A stretch of DNA of 64,000 nt from Planctomycetota bacterium (GCA_040755855.1 JBFMAD010000006.1:64001-128000), one strand, 5' to 3'. Counted from the stretch's first letter, positions 8,423 through 17,340 are shown. The notes: a model not told the origin generated them from the sequence alone. Program-made: numbers and translations.

Positions 8423-10654
8423 CTATCGGGCAAGTTCGTTGACCTGATCGGTTGAAAGTTCTTCGGCGCCTTCCTCGCCGATCATGACACACTGGTTACC
8501 CACAACGAACGCCACCCGGTCGCCGAGGAGAAAGATCTCTTTCCATTCCGGCTTTGCATCCAAGAGTTTGAAGTAGGTCGCGCTGCCGTACTTGACCTTG
8601 ATCGTCTGCATCCCTTCCTTGTAGTTCGTATCCATCCACACGCCCTCGACGAGGACGAACGTCCGCGCCCCGACGTGCTTCACGATCCGCGCACCTCCCT
8701 TATCGCCCTCGCCCGCCGCCTGCTCCTCTTTCAGCGCGCGCACTTTCTTGGCCATGTCGAATGCATCGCGTCCCGAATCGGCTTTCATCTTGCTCTCCAC
8801 CTGCCGGGTCGCTTCAGGCTCCATCGGCAGTCCCAGCGTCGCCGGAGCGGCCGCTGCGCCCTTGCCCGGCTGCCCCGCCGGCTGCCGGCTCATGAACCGA
8901 TCCCGCGAGATGCCGTGCCGCGTGTAGGACGCATCGTCCTCCAGGACGAGGTAGGACGTGTACGGCGTCTGGATGTTGAATTCCTTGCTCAGGCGGATCA
9001 CCTCGCCCTTGAGCTCGGGGTTCTCGCCATGGAGTCGAATCTCGTCGAGCAGGTAGCCGACTTTGCGAGTGGCCCAGAGGCGTTTGATGAACTCGTTATC
9101 CGCGTTCGATGCGGCGAATGTGCCCTCATACACGATTTCCTTCTTCTTCCCGCCCACGTCGCCCGTCAGCCGGATCGCCACGTCGCCCGATTCCCGGTAG
9201 CGGCCGAAGAGCGTAAGCTGCGCGCCCTTGAATAGATCGGGCAGGCGGCGGGGATACATGTCCCGAATCTGGACCTTCCCGAAGTCGAGCTGCGGATTTG
9301 CCAGCACCGGATAGCGAATCTTGTCGCTGAACGACGACACCGGCATCTCGATGTTCTCATCCGGCTTGACGTACTGCGGGTAGCCCCCGCTCGCCTCGGC
9401 GATCTGGTCGAGGAGGTGCGTATTGACCTCGTATCCGACGCCGAAGACGAACACCCGCGCATTGCGCGGATTGCTCTTTTTCACATTTGCGACGATCTCG
9501 TTCATGTCCGTCACACCCACCGTAGGCTTGCCGTCGGTCAGGAACACGATGTTGTAGGGCCGCCCCTCTGCGCCTTTGGCCGAGAGCGCCGCGGCGAGGG
9601 CGTCGCTGATGCACGTCCCCCCTGCCGCCCGGAAGCCCTCGATGAACGCGAGCGCCTTATGTACGTTCTCCTTCGTCGCGGGAAGGGTGCCGTTCGACAT
9701 CTGGTCCACGTCGGTGCTGAAGCGGATGATATTGAATGTGTCCTGCGGGCCAAGATTCTGCACGCAGTACTTCAGCGCATTTTTCGCCTGCTCGATCTTG
9801 TCGTTTTCCTGCATGCTGCCAGAGGTATCTACCACGAAGCAGACGTCCTTCGGGAGCACCTGGCTCTCGTCAATCTCCGCGCTGGGCGAGATCATGAGCA
9901 TGAAGTAGCCCTCCTCATCGCCCACGCGATGGGCAACCAGGTTGATGCCGATGTCCTTCTCCGACACCGTGTAGTAGAGGACGAAGTCGCGGTCGAGGAT
10001 GCTCCGATTCTGCTCGAAGCCGACGACGGCCAGGTGGTCGCTCTTCTTGCTGACGCCGACCTGATGAGATGGGGAGTAGATCGTCCGCAGCGGCGTCTTC
10101 GATTCAAGGTTGAGCGCAACGGAGAAATCCTCCAACGTCTGCGCCGCCGCGCCGGAGGTCTTCAGCGGATAGACGTACTTGCACGCGCCGCCGTCCATCT
10201 TCAGGACCTCGGAGTAGGTCAGCTCGATCTTCTGCGTCCCCATGCGCGGGACCGGATATACGCGAATGCGAAAAAGATTGCTCCCCATGTATTCGAGGAT
10301 GCCGGGGTCCTTCATCCGGCGAACGATCTCCTCATAGATTTGCCGGGCCTTGTCCTTCTCCACCAGTTCCCCGCTCATCCGTTTGCCGTTGATGTACATG
10401 GCAAAGTCCTGGATCGAGGCGTTCTCGGGCAGCGGAAAGATGTAGGTCGCCTCCAAGTCCTGGGGCACGCTGTTCTGGAAAACCTGTTCAACATTTGTGG
10501 TAGCCACCTGATCCTTGACAGCGATGTTCACCCGTTGATACTTGATCGCCAGAGGCGGAATGCCCGGGTCCTTCGGGATCAGCATCCCCGTCGCCGTCGC
10601 AACCCCTTGCAGCGCAACGAGAAACACCAACATACACAAAACACGTTTCTTCAT
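8423..10654 (-). CDS. Secreted VIT + von Willebrand factor A domain protein
   Basis: Signal peptide; VIT (QVFQN...EATYIFPLPENA); MIDAS DTSGS, GGT, LTDG; TPYTSYLV. Confidence 0.92.
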   Translation of the reverse strand: MKKRVLCMLVFLVALQGVATATGMLIPKDPGIPPLAIKYQRVNIAVKDQVATTNVEQVFQNSVPQDLEATYIFPLPENASIQDFAMYINGKRMSGELVEKDKARQIYEEIVRRMKDPGILEYMGSNLFRIRVYPVPRMGTQKIELTYSEVLKMDGGACKYVYPLKTSGAAAQTLEDFSVALNLESKTPLRTIYSPSHQVGVSKKSDHLAVVGFEQNRSILDRDFVLYYTVSEKDIGINLVAHRVGDEEGYFMLMISPSAEIDESQVLPKDVCFVVDTSGSMQENDKIEQAKNALKYCVQNLGPQDTFNIIRFSTDVDQMSNGTLPATKENVHKALAFIEGFRAAGGTCISDALAAALSAKGAEGRPYNIVFLTDGKPTVGVTDMNEIVANVKKSNPRNARVFVFGVGYEVNTHLLDQIAEASGGYPQYVKPDENIEMPVSSFSDKIRYPVLANPQLDFGKVQIRDMYPRRLPDLFKGAQLTLFGRYRESGDVAIRLTGDVGGKKKEIVYEGTFAASNADNEFIKRLWATRKVGYLLDEIRLHGENPELKGEVIRLSKEFNIQTPYTSYLVLEDDASYTRHGISRDRFMSRQPAGQPGKGAAAAPATLGLPMEPEATRQVESKMKADSGRDAFDMAKKVRALKEEQAAGEGDKGGARIVKHVGARTFVLVEGVWMDTNYKEGMQTIKVKYGSATYFKLLDAKPEWKEIFLLGDRVAFVVGNQCVMIGEEGAEELSTDQVNELAR

Positions 10655-10773
10655 GATCGTCTCCTCCTGCGATGGGTTCATCCTCTTGGCAACCATCTTC
10701 TATCGGATTTGACGCATAAGCGCGAAAATGGTTCCGCAGAAATCCTTAATCACCATTATCTTCGCCCTACCAT

Positions 10774-10802
10774 TTGACATCCTTGCCGAAGCGGAGTACA
10801 CT
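10774..10802 (+). promoter_or_regulatory. Sigma70-type promoter
   Basis: TTGACA-N17-TACACT, 35 nt before ATG 10837. Confidence 0.65.
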
Positions 10803-10836
10803 ATACTGTCAACTTCATTCTTGGAATCTGAGGGCA

Positions 10837-11967
10837 ATGGCAACGACCGAGGACAAGATTCGATTCTACTGCGGCGCGTGCGGCAAACGGCTGAAGGCCG
10901 ACCCCGCGAAGGTAGGCCGCTCGGCCAGGTGCACGAAGTGCGGCAAGGCCGTGCCCGTGCCGCGCAAGCAACTTAGCCGCGCGCAGATACGCCTCTATTG
11001 TCCGGCGTGTGGGGCTCGAATTCGCGCCTTCGCCGAGCGGTCCGGGAAACGGGTAAAGTGCACCCGATGCGGCGAAAACATCCTGCTTGCCGAGGTAAAA
11101 AAACAAAATAAGCCCGAACCGCAGATACCCCATCCACGGATACAAAAACCGGATAAAGAAATAAAAGCGGAGGCCCCGCCGAAAAAAGAATCGACGCCGA
11201 TCCCCCCTGTCCGGATGAAACGCAAAGCCAGGGAAAAGATCGAGAGACCATCGCCATCCGTCTATGTCATCCCTGTGCCCGAGGAGCGGGAGCGGCCGGC
11301 GGCCGCAGCCGAACCCGAAAAAACCGCCGTCCCTCGTCGGTTCTCTTTTTTCAAGATCATCTCGATTGGACTCGTTCTCTTGCTGGCGATAGTCGTCGTT
11401 GGATTTACCCTCCTTCGCGCCACAAGCCCGGAATGGCTGAACGTGCGCCTGATGCGCGCCGCGCGGGACGGCGACGCCCGCGCCGTGCGCATGTTGCTCC
11501 TCTGCGGAGCAGATGTGAACTCCAAAACCCCCATCCCCCAGACGCCGCTGCACTGGGCCGCTATGAAAGGACGCCGCGACGTCGCAGAGGTCCTGATTGA
11601 CCGCGGGGCCGACATCAACGCAACGGATGAAAACGGCAAGACCCCCCTGCTCCAGGCCGTCTCCTTCGGCCACTCGGACATCGCGCAGCTTTTGATCTCC
11701 CGCGGCGCAAATGCAAGCATGGCCGATAGCAGCGGTTTTGCGCCGCTCTACCAGGCGGCCTATGTCGGCAACAAGGACGTCGTCGAGCTCCTTGTCGCGG
11801 CGGGCGCGGACGTGAACGCGACCGTCGAGGTGGCCGTCCCCGGAACCGGATCGAAACCGCAGCCGAGGAGATTGACAGCCCTGGACGCCGCAGAGATGGC
11901 GGGACATACAGACGTCGCGGTCTTCCTTCGCAACCGCGGAGCGAGAACAAGCATGGAGACGAAATAG
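10837..11967 (+). CDS. Double zinc-ribbon / TM / ankyrin-repeat protein
   Basis: Two CxxC...CxxC units, Pro/Lys linker, one TM helix, ankyrin repeats (TPLHWAA, TPLLQAV, GADVNA). Confidence 0.9.
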   Translation: MATTEDKIRFYCGACGKRLKADPAKVGRSARCTKCGKAVPVPRKQLSRAQIRLYCPACGARIRAFAERSGKRVKCTRCGENILLAEVKKQNKPEPQIPHPRIQKPDKEIKAEAPPKKESTPIPPVRMKRKAREKIERPSPSVYVIPVPEERERPAAAAEPEKTAVPRRFSFFKIISIGLVLLLAIVVVGFTLLRATSPEWLNVRLMRAARDGDARAVRMLLLCGADVNSKTPIPQTPLHWAAMKGRRDVAEVLIDRGADINATDENGKTPLLQAVSFGHSDIAQLLISRGANASMADSSGFAPLYQAAYVGNKDVVELLVAAGADVNATVEVAVPGTGSKPQPRRLTALDAAEMAGHTDVAVFLRNRGARTSMETK

Positions 11968-11999
11968 GTGATAGGTGACAGATGGTAGGTGATAGGAGA
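11965..11999 (+). repeat. Five degenerate heptamers (TAGGTGA)n
   Basis: TAGGTGA TAGGTGA CAGATGG TAGGTGA TAGGAGA. Confidence 0.7.
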
Positions 12000-12005
12000 A
12001 ATCAG

Positions 12006-12251
12006 ATGCGCAAGGGGTTCTTGATAGGAGCCATCGTCGTGCTGAGCATGGGTGGGGCGTGCATCGCCGCGACGGTGCTTGAGGTGGCGACAGGGAAATG
12101 CGGCATGGGGTCGGCGTCCTTCTGGGGCGGTGTGGCGTTCCACGCCTGCGCGGGAATCGTCGCGTCGTTCCTGCTGGTCAAGGCCCGGCCGCCCAGGCAG
12201 GAGGACCAAGACAAGGCCGACGAGAAGGCGGACAAGGAGGTGGAATCATGA
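12006..12251 (+). CDS. Small 2-TM membrane protein (paralog A)
   Basis: AGGAGA SD; two hydrophobic helices; FWGGVAFH shared with the next gene. Confidence 0.75.
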   Translation: MRKGFLIGAIVVLSMGGACIAATVLEVATGKCGMGSASFWGGVAFHACAGIVASFLLVKARPPRQEDQDKADEKADKEVES

Positions 12252-12436
12252 GTTGGGGATGGCTCATCGCGGCGGTGATCGTCTGGCTGGCCTCCGCCGG
12301 TTGCATCATCGGCACGCTCGTCGAACTGCTTCTCGGCAAGGCGAACCTGCGCAAGGGCGACTTCTGGGGCGGCGTTGCGTTCCACGGCAGCACGGCGATC
12401 CTGGCCCTGTGGCTTCTTCTGAAGGCGCTTGGATAG
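12248..12436 (+). CDS. Small 2-TM membrane protein (paralog B)
   Basis: GGAGG SD, ATGA overlap, MSWGWLIAA...FWGGVAFH. Confidence 0.75.
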   Translation: MSWGWLIAAVIVWLASAGCIIGTLVELLLGKANLRKGDFWGGVAFHGSTAILALWLLLKALG

Positions 12437-12484
12437 GCTACATCCATGACGTGTGCGCAGACTCGAGCCTGGAAGGAGCATCTT

Positions 12485-13582
12485 ATGCTCTTTGTCATCC
12501 TCGCGTGCGCCGGATCGGCGACGGCGGCGCAAAAGGCCGTGATCTCGATCAAAATCGTCAAGGCCGAAGCCGGACGGTGCGCAGCCCCGCCGAAGCTACA
12601 GGTCCTCGACAACCCCGACCAGTGGAAGCAGATCGAGAAGGAGACCTTTCAAGGGGAAAACGATTGGGAGGCCTACTGGACGCTGGAGGCCGCGCAACTG
12701 CCCAAGGATCTGCCGCGCGTGAAAATTTCGTGCCCCGGGGTGAAGGCGGCGCGGGCCATCGTCGGGCGGACCGATGTGAAGTTCGACGCGACCGACGGCG
12801 GCGTCGCGTTTCGACTGGTCCCGGACCAAGCCCGCGGTCAGCTCATTCAAACCGTCCTCGACGACCCCGAAGGCGACCTGCCCATTGACCTGCACCACAA
12901 CTGGGAGATGCGCAAGGAACGGGAGTACAAGCAATGCCCCTGGCCGGCAAAGCCGATCGCGGCGCACAACAATTACCTCTTTGCGGCGCGCGAGGCATTG
13001 AAGATCATGGGCGGCTTCAGCCCCAAGCGCGAGCAGAACCCCTTCGACGGAGGGATCGTCCTGGAGGGCCACGAGACAGCCGCCACGCGAGGGCACATGG
13101 ACTTCCCCCCGCACTTCCACATCATGCTGTATCCGCCGGGATACACGCCCGGCGCGAATGTCCCGCACTTCTACATGGACGAGGAGGGACGGGTGATCCG
13201 GAATTCGTTTGGCGTTCTCGGCGTCCCGAACTCCGCCCGCGAGTTCGGATCCGGCGAATGGTGCAGTATGAAGGACCTCCACGGGGTTCTGGGACTCGAA
13301 CTTCAGATCACTCCCGACGGCGGCCTGCGGCTGCGCAAGGGGCCGGGCCAGGAGGAGTTCCTGCTCGCTGGGGACCCGCCAAGCAAGGCGTCTGAGGCGG
13401 TGTGCGTCTGGCGCGGCGACGAGATGCTATGCCGTTGCGCGGTTAAGGACGACGCGGCGAAGGGGGATATGCAGATCGCCATCGAGCGCTTTGCGGGAGG
13501 AAGGCCCGTCAAAACCTTGAAGGAAGCCCTGGCCTACGATCCCTTCACCGGAAAGATCATCAAGCGAATGCGGGAGCAGTAA
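12485..13582 (+). CDS. Hypothetical exported protein with His-rich motif
   Basis: AAGGAG SD (alternative start 12446); GHMDFPPHFH...VPHFY. Confidence 0.75.
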   Translation: MLFVILACAGSATAAQKAVISIKIVKAEAGRCAAPPKLQVLDNPDQWKQIEKETFQGENDWEAYWTLEAAQLPKDLPRVKISCPGVKAARAIVGRTDVKFDATDGGVAFRLVPDQARGQLIQTVLDDPEGDLPIDLHHNWEMRKEREYKQCPWPAKPIAAHNNYLFAAREALKIMGGFSPKREQNPFDGGIVLEGHETAATRGHMDFPPHFHIMLYPPGYTPGANVPHFYMDEEGRVIRNSFGVLGVPNSAREFGSGEWCSMKDLHGVLGLELQITPDGGLRLRKGPGQEEFLLAGDPPSKASEAVCVWRGDEMLCRCAVKDDAAKGDMQIAIERFAGGRPVKTLKEALAYDPFTGKIIKRMREQ

Positions 13583-13883
13583 GCGGCGGCCGCCATACCT
13601 GTTCCGACAGTGCAGAATAGATCAGGCCTTTGCAACCGCGGGTGGGCGCAGTCCAGGATTCAAGACGACCACGTGTCATGGGCCTGCCGGGGGCATGTCC
13701 TCTTTCCTTCATCCGTCGGCAATAGGGCATCCGGGAGGCAGAGCGGCCCTGTGGGGCCATGTCCCTTTGCACGGGAAAAAAGGGCATCTTCCACACCTTT
13801 CGCTCGCCGGTATAATCCAATAGCGGCATGCAGGAAGACCATACCAACCGTGCCGGTTCCGGCCGGGTTGAAGGGAGGACACC

Positions 13884-14546
13884 GTGAAGACAAGCTTGAA
13901 TCAGCGGCGGGGCATAAGCCTGATCGAGATTTTGGTCGTGATCTGTGTGCTTCTGATTCTGGCCTCGGCGCTGATCGTGGGTGCGATGCAGATTCGGGGC
14001 CATGCCCAACTGCGCGGGACCGAATCCCTCATCGCACAGATTCAGTCGGCCAACGAGCAGTTCCAGAACGAGTGGCGTTTCTATGCCCCCGATTCACCCA
14101 TTGCGCAGTTCGGGGGCATTAACTGGACGGTAGACGCCGCTCCGTCGGTGCCCGAATTCGAGACGGTGCATGTGGAATCGAGCGCACCCGGCATGCCCGG
14201 CGACAGGATGCCGACTCAAGGCAATGAGTATCTGATGATTAATCTGGCGGTGCGTTCGGAGCTGCTTCGGCTATCGGCCAGATCGCTGGCCGGTCCCGAG
14301 CGAATCATCGCCCTTGCGGAAAACCGCAAGGTTACAAGGAGATGTATCCTCATGGATGGATGGGGGCGCCCGATCTTTTACGACTGTCATGTGCCCGAAG
14401 GGGGAATCTACGCCAACGGCCTGGTGCGCCATAACATGACGGCTTTCGATTTATTTTCGCTGGGCAAGGATGGCCGAACCGGCTCGAACAGCGGCGCCCC
14501 CGGCGATGATCCTGACGATCTCAACAACTGGCAAGGCAGCAAGTAG
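13884..14546 (+). CDS. Prepilin-type N-terminal methylation protein, GspG-like pseudopilin
   Basis: RRG/ISLIEILVV cleavage motif; DGWGRP...FDLFSLGKDG...DD C-terminus. Confidence 0.85.
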   Translation: MKTSLNQRRGISLIEILVVICVLLILASALIVGAMQIRGHAQLRGTESLIAQIQSANEQFQNEWRFYAPDSPIAQFGGINWTVDAAPSVPEFETVHVESSAPGMPGDRMPTQGNEYLMINLAVRSELLRLSARSLAGPERIIALAENRKVTRRCILMDGWGRPIFYDCHVPEGGIYANGLVRHNMTAFDLFSLGKDGRTGSNSGAPGDDPDDLNNWQGSK

Positions 14547-14557
14547 GAATCCGCCCC

Positions 14558-15970
14558 TCAAACCGTCTGCACGCGGAAGGTCTCGACGGTTCCCTTTTTC
14601 CAGCCGTCCCAGAGGTAGGCGTCCTCGCGGCCCTGGGCGATGACGCGGAAGGCGTAGCGGGTCTGCTCCTCATAAAACTCGCAGTAGGCGCTCGGGGCGC
14701 GGAGCGTCCCCTCGCAGGCGTGCACCTCAGCGGGGCACGGCGCGCCGCAGAAGTGGCGGATCGCGCATCTCCCGCACGGCTCGATCTCCTCGATCATGCG
14801 GCCGGTAACATCCCGGAATGCTTTCGATTTGAGGATGGTTGCGATGGGTGTCTTGAACAGGTTGCCGCCCTTGAACTGCGGCATGCCGATGAACTCACTG
14901 CACGGGGACACATCGCCCCGGGCCGAGACGGCGAAGAAGCACCGCCCCCCGCCGCAGGGGGAGATGTCGCACATCAGCCGCCGCGCCGCCGGGGCCGCGA
15001 TCCCGATCAACACATTTGCGAAATTCGCAATCACGATCTTTCGGCCCGTGGACTTGCCAAGCTCATAGGCCCGGTCGAGGGCGCGCATGAACTCCCGGGC
15101 CAGCAGACCGTTGTCCGGCTTGAGCGCCCGCCCGCCCGGCTGCGTGCACCGAACGGGGTTCAGCATGATGATGGGGACGCCGCGGGCGTGGAGAAATTCC
15201 ACAATCTGGGTCAGGAATCGCACGTTCGCCTGCGTGACGGTGCAGATGGCGTTCAGCGCCGGGTAGCCGGACAGCCGGTCGAGTGTCTCCGTTACCTTGC
15301 GGAAGCTCCCCCCGCCGGCCCAGTTGCGCCGCGTCCGGTCGGCGACCTGCGCGCGGTGGCCGTCGAGGGAAATGCCGATGCCGACACCGTGCGAGCGCAG
15401 GAAGTCAATAGCCGCCTCGTCGAGGAGCGTGGCGTTCGTCTGGATGCCGAAGCGGAAGTCGTCGGCAAACTTCTCGATCCCGGCAAACACCGCCTCCCGC
15501 GCCAGCATCGGCTCGCTGCCGTGGAAGACGAGCTGCGGCTTTGCGCCTTTGGGCAGCGACTTCTTGAAATGGTCCCGCAGGATATGCAGCGCTCGGCAGA
15601 CCTTCTGTGGGGACATGTGGATCCCGCCGCGACGCATCTTGTCCGGCAGGTAGCAGTATCGGCAGTTCAGATTGCACCGTTCGGTGGGATTGAAATAGAC
15701 CGCCGACGGCGTGAGGCCGAAGCGAAGGGCACGCATCTCTCGCTGCATCGCTTCGGCCTTGCGCTGATACGTCTTCCGAATCGTCCCGTTCTCAATCGCG
15801 TCCGCCGCGGACGTCTTCGGCAGAATCGCCCAGAAGGCCGTGTCGGCCTCTACGGCGGCGACGCGATCATCCAGGCCGACTTCCATGAGGGCGAGACCGG
15901 GACCGTAGCCGGTGTTGGCGTACTTGCCCCTGCCCCCCTCCGTGGGGACCTTCTTATTTTTCACAGTCAT
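14558..15970 (-). CDS. cbpB: Peptide-modifying radical SAM/SPASM enzyme CbpB
   Basis: CNLNCRYC; SPASM cysteines CDISPCGGGRC...PC...CGRC..RHFC...CP; N-terminal NTGYGP...DTAFW; directly downstream of a CbpA-type peptide. Confidence 0.85.
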   Translation of the reverse strand: MTVKNKKVPTEGGRGKYANTGYGPGLALMEVGLDDRVAAVEADTAFWAILPKTSAADAIENGTIRKTYQRKAEAMQREMRALRFGLTPSAVYFNPTERCNLNCRYCYLPDKMRRGGIHMSPQKVCRALHILRDHFKKSLPKGAKPQLVFHGSEPMLAREAVFAGIEKFADDFRFGIQTNATLLDEAAIDFLRSHGVGIGISLDGHRAQVADRTRRNWAGGGSFRKVTETLDRLSGYPALNAICTVTQANVRFLTQIVEFLHARGVPIIMLNPVRCTQPGGRALKPDNGLLAREFMRALDRAYELGKSTGRKIVIANFANVLIGIAAPAARRLMCDISPCGGGRCFFAVSARGDVSPCSEFIGMPQFKGGNLFKTPIATILKSKAFRDVTGRMIEEIEPCGRCAIRHFCGAPCPAEVHACEGTLRAPSAYCEFYEEQTRYAFRVIAQGREDAYLWDGWKKGTVETFRVQTV

Positions 15971-15980
15971 GCGACCGACG

Positions 15981-16100
15981 TTACTTCTTCTTGGAATCCA
16001 TCATGATGTAGTGCGACAGTCCGGTCCCGTCCGCGGCCTTCTTGCACTCGCGACGATAGGCAACGACCTTTTTCTCCGCGCTCTTCTTCTCGCTCGCCAT
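15981..16100 (-). CDS. cbpA: Modified peptide precursor CbpA (39 aa)
   Basis: AAGGAG SD; MASEKKSAEKKVVAYRRECKKAADGTGLSHYIMMDSKKK carries the AYR..C...GTGLSHYI signature. Confidence 0.85.
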   Translation of the reverse strand: MASEKKSAEKKVVAYRRECKKAADGTGLSHYIMMDSKKK

Positions 16101-16134
16101 GACCCAGCTCCTTTTCTCTCCGTGCGGGACGCAT

Positions 16135-16180
16135 AACAAAAAAGCCCCGCAAGCAGCGCACGGTCTGCTTCCGGGGCTTT
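16135..16180 (-). terminator. Intrinsic terminator (riboswitch expression platform)
   Basis: AAAGCCCCGGAAGCAG-loop-CTGCTTGCGGGGCTTT then TTTGTT, between the aptamer and cbpA. Confidence 0.8.
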
Positions 16181-16212
16181 CCTTTGCCATCGGTCAGCCC
16201 GAGATCACGTCA

Positions 16213-16376
16213 TCCAACAGGTCTTCTGGCTCTCGCATCAACCACGCGACGGCCGCCTTCCCGCTGGGGTGGGCCCCAGCAGTGGCCGCGCCTGCCCTTC
16301 GGCGCCTCGCCGTCCCGCGTCCGCGATCACAGCGGCGGGACCGCCACGGAATCACACCGTGTTCCGAGATGTTGGG
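16213..16376 (-). ncRNA. Cobalamin riboswitch
   Basis: Minus strand GGAACACGGTGTGATTCCGTG, CCCGCCGCTGTGA, GCCACTG, GGGAAGGC, AGCCAGAAGACCTG; CCAACA/TGTTGG closing stem. Confidence 0.92.
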
Positions 16377-16405
16377 AACGGTCTCAGAAGTTCTCAACGG
16401 AATGT

Positions 16406-16434
16406 AGCATAGCGAACTCCCCGCGGGATGTCAA
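16406..16434 (-). promoter_or_regulatory. Sigma70 promoter for riboswitch-cbpAB
   Basis: TTGACA-N17-TATGCT. Confidence 0.7.
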
Positions 16435-16485
16435 GACAAAAAATCGCGGAAAAGTAAGGCATCGGCCAGCCTGGGTGGCCTATCC

Positions 16486-16514
16486 TTGACAGGCTCCCTG
16501 GCGTCGGATATACT
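16486..16514 (+). promoter_or_regulatory. Sigma70 promoter, divergent from cbpAB
   Basis: TTGACA-N17-TATACT. Confidence 0.7.
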
Positions 16515-16679
16515 TCGCTTAGGACAGCGCAGAGGGCGACTGAGAACGTCCACCATGGCTCCACAGCACATAGCGCAATGGAAAATATGCCCTAAAACAA
16601 TCTTCCGCTGTCCCAAAGATGCGTGGAACAAAAACAACTGAACATGGTGCCCCCGGAATATGCCAAAGGAGCCCGTTCA

Positions 16680-17165
16680 ATGAGCTACTCGCTGTCAGAG
16701 GGAAAACCGGTTCTGATCTACGAAGTGTACCTGCCGAAGAAGATGGCGTATGCCTCGAAACTCGCAGAGGTGCTCGACTCCTTCTTCACGCCGCAACGCC
16801 TTCAGGACATCCCGGCGGTCCAAACCAGACTTCAGGAGATAACACCCGACTCCGAGAAACAGCGATTCATCGAGTGGATCGTATCAACTATCAAGGGGTA
16901 CTCGATCTACGAGGTGGATGGCGGGTTCAGCGACGGCGCACGCCTGTTCGATGAGAGAACCTGGGTAATCCGGTTCATCCTCCACGATCCGATGGGTCAG
17001 GACGGTATCCGGGAGAGTTTCCGCACCCTTTCACGAGACGTGATCGCCCACCTGGTGACCCGTCGCTTCGCCGAGGAGCTGGGCACGGAGCAGGAAATCT
17101 GGTTTCTGGAGTATGAGCACTGCCGACTTCGCCGGTGGGTTCAGCAAACGGATTCCTCCGCCTGA
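16680..17165 (+). CDS. Hypothetical protein (possible PII/DUF3574-like fold)
   Basis: AAGGAG SD before ATG 16680; globular composition; fold is only a guess. Confidence 0.75.
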   Translation: MSYSLSEGKPVLIYEVYLPKKMAYASKLAEVLDSFFTPQRLQDIPAVQTRLQEITPDSEKQRFIEWIVSTIKGYSIYEVDGGFSDGARLFDERTWVIRFILHDPMGQDGIRESFRTLSRDVIAHLVTRRFAEELGTEQEIWFLEYEHCRLRRWVQQTDSSA

Positions 17166-17169
17166 CGTT

Positions 17170-17340
17170 CTAAGCCCGTCGGCGCTCCCCGATGAACCGT
17201 TTCATGCGTTGGCGGTTTTCCTTCTTGATCCACGTGAATCGAACGCCGACTTCGTATTGATCTTTCTGAACCCCCTTCCAGGCGCACCACCTTGATTTCC
17301 AGATGACGAGGAACGTGAAATTGAGGCGACTCTCAGCATG
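17170..17340 (-). pseudogene. Possible remnant of a PilZ-domain gene
   Basis: Startless frame ...RWCAWKGVQKDQYEVGVRFTWIKKENRQRMKRFI resembles a PilZ C-terminus. Confidence 0.35.
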
